From Phoronis australis (Eukaryota; Animalia; Phoronida): 64,000 nucleotides of DNA. The notes beneath the pieces are model-generated. The model did not search any database. It was not told the origin of the DNA and saw only the letters and a list, made by a program, of their open reading frames with translations. The DNA lies in the NCBI GenBank assembly GCA_002633005.1, contig NMRA01000360.1, forward strand, positions 189,065-253,064. The letters run 5' to 3'. Numbering within the stretch: position 1 is the stretch's first letter; the number at the start of each line of letters is the position of its first letter. Shown one piece after another: positions 26,201 to 35,100 of this stretch. The position numbers were made by a program, and so were the translations under genes.

Positions 26201-28294
26201 TCATGAATGGGACGGCATGAGCGAACTTTTGGACAGATCCGACTACCGGTGTGCCCCCTTGTGGCAATTTTAATTTTTTACGCTTCTATATCTTCGAAGG
26301 TCCTCAACGTATTTTCATAAAATTTAGCATATAGGCATCGATTAGTGAGATAACGCTATCCTTTCGTTTTCGGATGGATTCAACGACGTTTGCGCCACCT
26401 AGTGGCCATTTTTGCTGTTTTCGAGTCTATCAACCAAATCGCTCAAAGCATGATTGTGAAAATTGGTCGTATGTTTTTATCATGAAGAGGACGGCTGATG
26501 ATGAGTTTCCGAGGATTTCGTCTACTGTGGCACCTCCTAGTAGCAGTTTTGTTTTTCTGCGTATATGGCTGTGTCTCCTAAACTGTTGGGAGGATCTTTA
26601 CGAAATTTAGCAAGTGTATTTATATGATGTTGACAATGATGACGACGACTTTCAGACGCATCTGACTACCGGTGTGCCCTCTAATGGCAATTTTATTTTT
26701 TTACGCTCACCTCTGTATCTTCAAAGGTCCTCAAGGTATTGTCATAAAATTTGGCGTGGAAGCATCTATTAGTGAGATGATGCTATCATCCCGTTCTCGG
26801 ATGGATTTGACGTAGTTTGTGCCACCTAGCATCCATTCATTGGTTTTTAGTCTGTTTTTGGCATCCACCCCTCTATCAACCAAACGGCTCTAAGGATGAT
26901 TGTGAAAATTGGCATGTATGTTCTTACTACAAAGCTGTCGATGATTTTTCAATGACTTCGACTACTGTGGTGCCTCCTAGTGGCAGTTTTGTTTTTTTTT
27001 GTGCCCATGGCTGTACCCTAAACAGTTATCAGGATCTTTGCTAAATATAGCAAGTGTATTTACGTTATGTTCACAATAGATGACAACAACTTTTGGACGG
27101 ATCTGACTACCAGTGTGCCCCTAGTGGCAATTTCAGACTTTTAAGTTTACCTCTGTATCTTCAAATGTCCTCAACAGATTTTCAGAGAATTTGTAATGTA
27201 GCCATCTATTGGTGCGATGATGCTATCCTCCCATTTTCGCATGGAAGCTAGTTACTTTGCGCCACTTAGTGGCCATTTTTCTGTTTTGGCGTCCACCCCT
27301 CGATCAACCAAACCATTCTAAGGATGATTTTTGAAAATTGGCGTGTATGTTCTCAGTGTGAAGAGGGTGGTTGACTATAATGAATTCGACTACTGTGGCG
27401 CCTCCTAGTTATAGTTTTGTTTTGTTTTGCGCTCATAGCTACATATCCTAAACACACTGCATGATCTTCAATAAATTTAGTAATTGTATTTATATGAAGC
27501 TAACAACAGACGACGTCTTTCAGGCCAATCCAATGAACTCTGTGCCCGATAGTGGCAATTTAATTTTTTCTGTTTTTCTTTGTTTCTCTGAAGTTCCTTG
27601 TCAGATTTTTATGAAATTTAGCCTTCTATTAAAGAAGCGATGGCATTTTCCCGTTTTCAGGTGGATTGGATGTTTTCGCGCCATCTAGTGGCTATTTTTA
27701 TGAAACAAGTAAACAACCCTTGAAGCATTTGTGCATTTGTGGGCGCATTTCAACGCTCTGCGTTGCTCTTGTATATTACGCAATTGTTGCATGTTTTTTT
27801 ACTGAAAAAACAGGACAAAGTCACCAAAATTTAAGGAAAAAATTAAAAGCTGATGAGCTATGTTTCTAAAATGCCATGTATAACACCTGTAGTTTTTCAA
27901 AACCACGTTTTCTAATATTTCACGTAACAGATGCTGATATAGTATTAATGTGCCTGAGACTGTGACCTGAACGTGTATGATGCATGACAAAACTTATCAG
28001 TCCTAGTCCTTTCCTCTGAAGCTATCAGTCTCTGGTCACTTCATTTCAGGCGACTTTGAGCTTGAGTATACCCTGGCGCAGGGAGAAGGCCACATAACTA
28101 TGTTAATGTAAACTGTACCACCCCTAGCAAAACAGTGGATCTACCCATGAAATCTTTATGTCTGTTTCCAGACGCTGAAGAAGCGTGACCTGCTGAGGGA
28201 CATCCTTCCGATTATAGGATCCAATCTCAACCTTCAACGGGTCTTTACGGAGTATCACGAACAATTAGACACTATCACAGGAAACACCAGCTAA
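2247..28294 (+). CDS. HIRA: Histone cell cycle regulator HIRA (H3.3 chaperone; N-terminal WD40 propeller, B-domain, C-terminal Hira domain); 5'-partial, exon 1 lies upstream of the window
   Basis: Frame-consistent AG/GT exons: 2247-2309, 3492-3602, 4989-5079, 5736-5824, 7140-7318, 8557-8634, 8985-9152, 11875-11925, 15203-15259, 15997-16173, 16704-16916, 17313-17407, 17802-17946, 18212-18282, 19263-19425, 19691-19789, 20963-21105, 21741-21902, 22463-22627, 22982-23098, 23408-23554, 23949-24054, 28172-28294 (TAA). Total 2813 nt. Peptides [147 protein letters not shown] and NLNLQRVFTEY are characteristic of HIRA. Confidence 0.97.
3203..3377. repeat. Minisatellite, 35 bp x5
   Basis: Unit TAGTATGTGTGTAAAAGTTACATGTCATTTCCAAC. 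Confidence 0.95.
3895..4187. mobile_element. Tc1/pogo-like MITE
   Basis: Inverted termini ACTGTAAAATTCTC / GAGAATTTTTACAGT; internal GAATTTG(G/A)GAC repeats. Confidence 0.6.
5265..5532. repeat. Minisatellite, 44 bp x6
   Basis: Unit AATTGTTAGTATGCTACATTTATG(C/T)GGTTCTCTGTGATTACTCA. Confidence 0.95.
6190..6850 (-). mobile_element. Degenerate L1/Tx1-like LINE 3' fragment in a HIRA intron
   Basis: Minus-strand peptide FKYFYIHRKVFTKPSLKKMNL..CGTVETFNHMFMEC..VKTFLW aligns with the 34341-34873 ORF; CA-rich 3' UTR. Ends approximate. Confidence 0.7.
9176..9462. repeat. G-rich degenerate minisatellite (unit about 23 bp)
   Basis: Repeats of TGTGGTGAAT(G/T)GGGGAGGAGCTA. Confidence 0.85.
9872..10110 (-). 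mobile_element. tRNA-derived SINE, same family as 58879-59118
   Basis: Reverse complement GAGGAAGCAGTGTGGTCTAATGTGATAGGTGC...GTGGGTTCTACTCCCACTG..CACACTGCTAAACCCTTGAGTCAGGTTTCT. Confidence 0.7.
10350..10640. repeat. Degenerate tandem repeat, about 56-59 bp x4-5
   Basis: Unit GAACAATAGCAACTC(A/G)AGATTTAATGCCCACGCTGTCCCTGCTATATGAACATACA. Confidence 0.85.
11070..11460 (-). mobile_element. Short degenerate LINE 3' fragment of the same clade
   Basis: Minus-strand INHILTLAQYFIY resembles INYVITIAQCFIY of the 34341 ORF and is followed by a TG-rich tail. Ends approximate. Confidence 0.55.
11611..11770. mobile_element. MITE of about 160 bp with TTGACCTAT(T/C)GC TIRs; other copies at 17568-17702, 24292-24607 (tandem pair) and 53057-53216
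   Basis: TTGACCTATTGC...GCAATAGGTCAA; shared interior TTCCAAGCCGCCATTTTACC and GGCGGAGCTTGC. Confidence 0.75.
12462..12565. repeat. Minisatellite, 26 bp x4
   Basis: Unit TTGGTCTTAAAATGTTCTCTGTCAA(A/G). Confidence 0.9.
12604..12907. repeat. Minisatellite, about 55 bp, at least 5 copies; n at 12795 suggests a collapsed array
   Basis: Unit TTGTGTTATTGGTTGAGATCAGAGTCTGCAAGTTGGCC..TCTGGCGGTGTCATT. Confidence 0.9.
13065..13350 (+). repeat. Interspersed repeat of about 280 bp; other copies at about 18350-18622 and 21200-21410
   Basis: Shared TTAAAGCCT..GTTATTTTAG..AAAATAAG(A/G)AAACG..AAACAACAAAAGGCTGAT..AAGGTGATTCT. Confidence 0.6.
13428..14717 (+). mobile_element. HINE/DINE-1-like non-autonomous Helentron with internal ~440-bp tandem units
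   Basis: 5' TTTTATGCATCCATATATTTATATATGG hairpin, GTCC-rich tract, repeated core, 3' GTGGGCGCAT sub-terminal inverted repeat plus short hairpin and CTCTTG; homologous to 26025-27771 and 54985-55163. Confidence 0.75.
15288..15636. mobile_element. pogo-like MITE (TACCGTATTG..CAATACTGTA termini); inverted relative at 48244-48650
   Basis: Terminal inverted repeats flanked by TA; interior reverse-complement similarity to 48244-48650. Confidence 0.6.
17313..17407 (+). CDS. HIRA: HIRA exon encoding the B-domain (ASF1-binding motif)
   Basis: Translates SPDTPSKQIETRTKDGRRRIQPIFLAPPPDL, matching the known HIRA B motif KQxETRTxDGRRRIxP. Confidence 0.92.
20709..20748. repeat. (TTTG)n microsatellite
   Basis: About 10 TTTG units. 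Confidence 0.9.
21926..22157. mobile_element. hAT-like MITE with CAGGGCTTGGAAT terminal inverted repeats
   Basis: Starts CAGGGCTTGGAAT and ends ATTCCAAGCCCTG. Relatives at 55560-55884, 56421-56656, 43738-44155 (left end lost at n) and about 29840-30063. Confidence 0.75.
24292..24607. mobile_element. Two adjacent copies of the TTGACCTAT MITE, in opposite orientation to 11611-11770
   Basis: Two units GCTCCGC(C/T)CCTTGTGAAA...AAAATCCTGGCGATAGG, at about 24292-24443 and 24462-24607. Confidence 0.7.
26025..27771 (+). mobile_element. HINE/DINE-1-like non-autonomous Helentron, longest copy (about 3.5 core units)
   Basis: 5' TTTTATGTGCCCAC...GTGGATGCA hairpin, (GTCC)n microsatellite at about 26070-26135, core units recurring at about 26237, 26660, 27100 and 27528, and 3' GTGGGCGCAT..CAACGCtctGCGTTG..CTCTTGT. 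Confidence 0.8.
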
Positions 28295-28803
28295 TGAACA
28301 GAGATGCCTCACATCGTGTGCAGTGTGATGTGTTGATTGATATCCTGCTGGTAGTAGGATTCAGTCTCATTCTGGATGTTCATGAGATATTATGTTTGGA
28401 TACTGTCGCAGCTAGTGATTGGTGTTGTGTTGATATTATGATTCTGTCTGAATTAACATCAGGTGCCCGCAGAATATGACAATGCCACAGAAAGCAGACA
28501 TCAGTTAACGGAGAAGACTGTCTCTTGTACATTATCTTGTTAATTGGTATTCCACTGTAATGAAGATCAAAAATCAACTTCCAATGGGTGTTCCCAGAAT
28601 ATCGTAAGCAATTGAATACGTCGCGGGAAACATTACCAAAGTGAACAGCGATGACTGCAACCTGCTGACTGACATTCCATCCCAATCTACACAGAGAGTT
28701 CAGGAAGCATTGGAGGGAAGATGGTATGTGCTTAACATCAGCTGAAGAACTGGGATGGACAGAACATCTTGTGGCTGTTACAAGTTAAATGTCCACTTAC
28801 TGT

Positions 28804-29038
28804 TGGTATACACAGAGTATCATAACAAACAGCTGAGCGTGGTATACACAGAGTATCACAAACAGCTGAGCATGGTATACGCAAAGTATCACAAACAGCT
28901 GAGCTTGGTATACACAGAGTATCACAAACAGCTGAGCATGGTATACGCAAAGTATCACAAACAGCTGAGCTTGGTATACACAGAGTATCACAAACAGCTG
29001 AGCGTGATGTACATAGGGTATCACAAACAGCTGAGCTT
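28804..29038. repeat. 33-bp minisatellite x7 downstream of the HIRA stop codon (probable 3' UTR)
   Basis: Unit TGGTATAC(A/G)CA(G/A)AGTATCACAAACAGCTGAGC(A/T/G). Confidence 0.92.
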
Positions 29039-32000
29039 AGTAATGAGAACTTTGGTAAATGAACAGTGATGGTACATCTGTTTAGATGTAGTATGACAAT
29101 AACAGTTGTTGTGTCAATAGATCCAGGGGTCTAATATTCCACATAACTATTTCTGAAAAATAATAGAAACTCACTTAAGAAAAGGACAAAGTATCTGAGA
29201 ATATACCCACAACTGTTACACGCTGTCAAAATTTGTACATGTTATTTCCTGGCAAGCAGTGAGGTGCTTGTAATTACATGACTAAAACTTTGTTTGACAA
29301 TAGTGAAATTGGAGCACAACACCAAATGTCTGTCTTATGTCTTAAGTCACTTTCATGAAACAGACCCCAGAAGGTGTAACTGTACTCAGTAGCACAAGTG
29401 GCAGTAACTTACACTGATGCAGTGTCAAATCACTCGTAGGATAACATGGTCATTGAAAAGTAACAAGATCTTGGATGATTACCAGATTTTCCGGATAGTC
29501 AGTTGTTTTAGGATTAGAACCAGTCTCAATATCTTGATGTGCAGTTGGTTGGTAGTGTCATATTGCGTGCGATAATGGTCAGATATAACGTGCCTGAATT
29601 TTGAGAACCAGTTTTCTCCACTGAATAACGGGCATCAGGCTGGTTCTCAAAATACGGGCACGTTGTACCCGACTATTGCGCACAAAGCTGCTGGAGCAGG
29701 ACTCCTTCACCAGACTCAACGCCACCTGTTGCTCTTCAGTTTGTGTGGCAATGAAATCAAGGTCCAACTGAATATAAGATTCACTTGCAATTTTGCTTCA
29801 ATTTTATTGAAAATTGAAAAGCTTTTTGTCGTAGTTAAGAGGATGTCCTCTTTTCGTTTCAATTTACTCTTGTTTTATATCCATTTACTTCTTTTTTCCC
29901 TTTTTTATCTTTATTTTTGTCTGTATTCTTGCAAAAACATTTATTTCCTCAGTTAAATTTTTACAACACAAAAAATATTTCTATCACACAAGCCTCTTTA
30001 TTTGTGGAGCGATATGTCACTTGGAAATTTTCCCTTTTTTGTCATTGGTCAGTGGAAGCCCTGTTTGTAGATAGTATTCCTGGTCGCAATGTTGTCACTG
30101 TTGCATGGCAAACTAAATTGTGGTGGTGAAGTAGGAGAGCTTCACAACCTTACCACACAGGTGACCCACTGTGATTGACAGGAGCAGATTCACACTCCTT
30201 TGCTCAATCTCCTGTTGTCTTGATCAATTGCGGGAGTCTATAAGCCAGGCTCCCTGTTTAATTCATTATTGGATCCGTGGTCGTGACATGGGGTCTAAAG
30301 GCGGGGCTCGCTGTATTTTTTTCATTATTGGATCCCGTGATAGTGATGCTGTTTTATTGTTAAGTTGCACGCAGTGCCACCTTTGTTTTACCAAGGATGG
30401 AACCCTTTGTTTGTTTGTTTTTGTTTTTTTTTTTTTTTTTTTAATATGGCAAATTAGTGCTCCTTGTTACGCATGATAAATCCATGCACGAAATGAAGTC
30501 TATTGGTTGCTTCAGCAGCTACACTCACTGTCGTAAACTTGGTTTGAATTTGAAGTTTGCAATTTTGGCTCGACCTAATTAGCGCTTCGTGCTAGGAGAT
30601 GATATTGAATGCAACAAAATTACAAATCCAGTCTTCTGGAGAAAATTATTTCTCGTGTTGGGTAACCTGCTGAGGTATTCAAACGGTGTGATTACCTTAG
30701 AAAATCATACCGCCCTCTGTTGGTCTCCTTTGCTCTAAACTCCATGCTATCTTTAAATTCAAAAGCATTGTTTTTAATGGTGTGTGGTTACTCAGTTCCA
30801 GCTTCAGGTCAACCTATCTTAGTGCATGGGGGCTTTAATTAGAATTCCTGGGTTGAGATGCATGCCTTATTCTGGGTCGGGCTGTCACGATAATTCACTG
30901 AGACAATCCTACAGTCAGTATGTAGATGAGGTCTGTCGTCAGTGTTGTATTTCAGTCTGTTCGAAGTTCATGTCTTCTTATCTGTGTCACTCCCTAATAT
31001 TTACTTGTGCATGTAAATGGGTCAAGAGTTCCACCGACTGACAATATAGTTTCAGGTTGGACATGCCCCGAGTTGGTTCACATTTTGTATTGTTTACGTA
31101 TGGAAATAATGAAAACCATGTAGTTGAAATTGAGTCACTGTTAGAAAATGGACTAAAGGTGTTGGTGAGAAAGTGTTGACTGCCTTGTGTTGCAGAAAGC
31201 CCTTAATTTTTATCAATTAAATGGCAACCACGCTATTGCTGTACATTTCCCCATTTTTGCACTGCAATAAAATTTATGAAGTATGTAACTTTGCTCGTCT
31301 TTAATATCGCGGGTTGCAAATAGCACCTTTTCACGATCGACTTGTCTCTCATTTAAACGTGTCAAAAATGACCTCGTGTGTACTGGAAATCCCAGTGTAC
31401 GTGTGGAATTGTGACACAATTAGAAATCGCTTTAAGTACAGTATGTAGGCGTGTTGTTTGGATGGCGTTGAATATGGTGAAAATGTGGCAAAACGACTGT
31501 CGCCTAAGCAAAAGGCCGGATTAAAAGTTTATTGCTAATGTAAAGAAATGTAGAGATTTTTTGTAAAATGAGTTTACCGTACTTATAATTCTGACCCGTT
31601 AAAAACTGAGCTTTTAGGCCACTTGCCGATTTAAAATCCAGACTTCACGTACGTTGCTTTTTAACGGAATGAAGTCCTGTCAACTCACTCCGATTTCGTA
31701 TACAGCTGTCGTATTGGAATTTTCAGACGGTGCCAAGTTATAATAAGTCGCATGTGAAGTCGTATACGGTAATTGGAGAATGATTGTAGAGTCGTGCAAA
31801 AACCGCTTTCGAACCCTCGTCAGTGTACACGCACGACTAAAAAGCTTCTAATCATTAATGGCAGAATGCAGGTTTATAACTCAGCTTTAAACAATCGAGC
31901 ATTTCTCACATTTTCACAGGCCTACGTGCTCGTCCTTTTTCTCGGTCAAACGTTTGTCACGTGTCGTTGTCTCATTTACGTTAAATAACCGCCTCCAGCC

Positions 32001-32188
32001 ACCGCCGAACTTAAAAATCGTATGGAACGTGGATACCGCAGGTTTCAGTTCCTGGTTTCGATAGACAATTTCATATTTGAATATTAAGCAGTTCGTTTCG
32101 ATTTGATTGTTTAAGCTGCGAGGAATTTGACACTCGACTTTGAAGTTAAATTGCGTCCGGTACCAGCCGAACGACCACTATAGTCACC

Positions 32189-35100
32189 ATGTCAAAGGTA
32201 TAGTTTGAAATGGCCATGTTTCAGTCTACTGCATGGCTAGAGAAATTATGACAGGATTGTTTCTGCGTGGCAGAGTACGTCAACATTTGTCTGGTTGCTC
32301 TGTTCAGTTGTTGTTAAACGTTGTATTTAGCAGTGTGAGCTTTAGTAGTGTAAGAAGTGAGAATTGGTCTCGATGTTGGTCATTTAGGCCCACTGCCGGA
32401 TCACTGGAACATAACATATGTCGGAATTTAGCCTGCACCGAAATTCTTGCCAGATGGTGCCTTCTAAAAAACGAAATGGTATGCTATGAAAACGATTCTT
32501 TAATTCGTACGGTTCAAGTACTAAAAACTGTGAGTGTCGGTGGAGAAACACAGCTTTGTAAACGGAAATTTTATTGTAAATCGGATATAAGAGTCTGTTG
32601 TTCGTGTCGATGTTCAATGAATCATATGTTATTGCGAAGAAATAACTACAATTAAGCAATTTATTTTCAGTTGTTTGGCGAACTTTTGAGTGCATTTGCT
32701 GAAGGAGCCGCCGAAGCCTCGGTAAGAAATTTACACAGTGACTGAATTAGTTTCTCTTGTTCTTTTTGGGTCGCTTTCAGGTATAAGGTTTTCCATTTGC
32801 CGCCTGATTGTCAAGGCTGGTCGAAAGTGGGACTATATATTAACGTAGTCAAAGCAAACTCGTTTTTTTTTAAAAAACGAAAGTCTGATCTTGGACCTCA
32901 AACCACGTTTCTTAATTCGAGGTCTGATATTTTAGAACTTCATGCGGAGCTGAAACACCATTACAGATCATGAAACTATACAGAACACGCGACTGATGGC
33001 CGCTATGCTGCTTGTGTTAGTTAGTGTCCAGGAGTCGAATTAAAGTTCCACTCAACGAAGTCGTCTCGAAAAATTAGAGTACAGCTGCCTTTCCCGTAAC
33101 AAAGCACATGTACGTGACTGGTCAGTAAGCGCGCGTGTAATTTTCGCGGCCTTCAGCCCAGTGAGGCGTATATATGTGCAACGGCTGCCGACATCCTGAC
33201 GTAGGCGTCGCTCGGCGTTGCAGGCTATTCCGACGATGGAATATTATTTTCTGTTTCTGTTACCTTTTCATTAAACTCCCGGTTTCGGTAACCTTGACAT
33301 TGATGGAACGCACCCTGAATGAAAGGCCCTGGTATCTGTTGTGAACCTATAGTATGTTTAAGGTCACCCGAACTAGTCACTTCCCCAACCTACGCAGATC
33401 ATATGATCCGCTGACCTACATTGGAAGGGAAGACTAACACCAGATATTGTGAGTATTGCTCTCAAGTCTGCAGGATCTCAATTCCTTAATAACTGACTAG
33501 GAGCCTCTGGGAAAAAGGTAGTGTGTTGGCTCCACGTCTCGCAAGAGACATGATAACAACTAAAGTGGATTCAGTTGACAGATGTACGACGTGCTTTTGA
33601 GTTACATGGTGTCAGTTCCTATACACTCCATAACGCTTGACGAAATGCATAGGGGATTTCCATGCACCCGTTTGGGGACAACTCCCCCATTCACTTTGCC
33701 AAGTGAACACTTGTAAACCTCTAGCGATGCTACTGTAGGTTGAGCAAAATCACCGCTCCTTGGGTTTCATTGTCGACACTTCGGGGCCCTAGAACAGTTG
33801 AGTAGACCTAAATCAAAAGGTGTTATATCGTTTTGGCTCATCCTGGTGAAAAAGTGGCAGCGGCCAGCACATATGCAACAAACTCAAAGAAGTCAAAGGA
33901 AACTCATAAAGTAGTATAAGTTATATACTTGTCTATGAGCTTCAAAGATATACCTATTTGAATAGATACCTCAGGCATGTGCATTTTCGCTGTGGCACCC
34001 GATTGCCATCGCCGATGGTCTTTAGTGACACAGGTTTAATCCGTTTTCAGTGATGGACATGAACATCACATTTCGCTCCTGTTGATGACAAAATCGACTT
34101 TACCCGTGTAAGCAACATTTTTTTTTTTTTTTTCAATAATATACATTGATAATTTTTAAAGGGTGAAAGGGTGAACAAGGAAAAGGGGCAAGGACTTTCA
34201 CTCACACACTCGCACACTCATTCACACCAATGAGCTATACCAGGTATAGCTCATTGTTCACACGTGACACTTCATCATTTAATGATAATACTACTAAACA
34301 ATATACAGTATGAGTTAAGTATATTACAGATATTACAGATTCATTGCATGGCAGCACTGAGGCTCTCCCACATTTTAATATTAATATTGTCCGGTTCTTT
34401 TTGTTTTTGAAAATTAACTATTGAAATTTGAATATATTTTGACATGAATATTTTAAGGGCAGACCAATCTGGATGCAAGTGCTGTTGGCTACGTAAATAA
34501 ATAAAACATTGGGCGATAGTGATAACATAATTAATCAACAGGGAGAATTCAGAACCTAAATGGCAAAACATGATTTCATTTTTGGTTATTCTGACGTCTT
34601 CCTTAAGGGAAGATGTCAAAATATCCTGAACATTAATCAACAATCTTTGCACTACATCACAAAGGTAAAACATGTGTTCAGTACTCTGTACTAGATTACA
34701 ATAGGGACATTTATCTGAATTAACAATCTTCATCTTATATAACAAAGAGTTAGTATACACTCTGTTATGTAACAACATATACTTAAAAGATTTAATGCAT
34801 GGTTCGAGGGGAAGTGTAAAAGGCAAGGAATAAATTTTTCGGATATCTTGTTTGGAGTAATGCTGCAACAATTNGGACATTTGTCTGGTTGCTCTGTTCA
34901 GTTATTGTTGAACATTGTATTTAGCAGTGTGAGGTTTAGTAGTGTAAGAAGTGAGAATCATTGGTCTCGATGTTGGTCATTTAGGCCCACTGCCGGATCA
35001 CTGGAACAAAACAGATGCCGGAATTTAGCCTGCATCGAAATTCTTGCCAGATGGTGTCTTCTAAAAAACGAAATGGTATGCTATGAAAACGATTCTTTAA

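Noticed and set aside
25881-27688. ORFs with recurring APPSG/VPPSG peptides
   Set aside because: They are translations of the repeated GCGCCACCTAGTGG DNA motif in a non-autonomous element; frames are interrupted.
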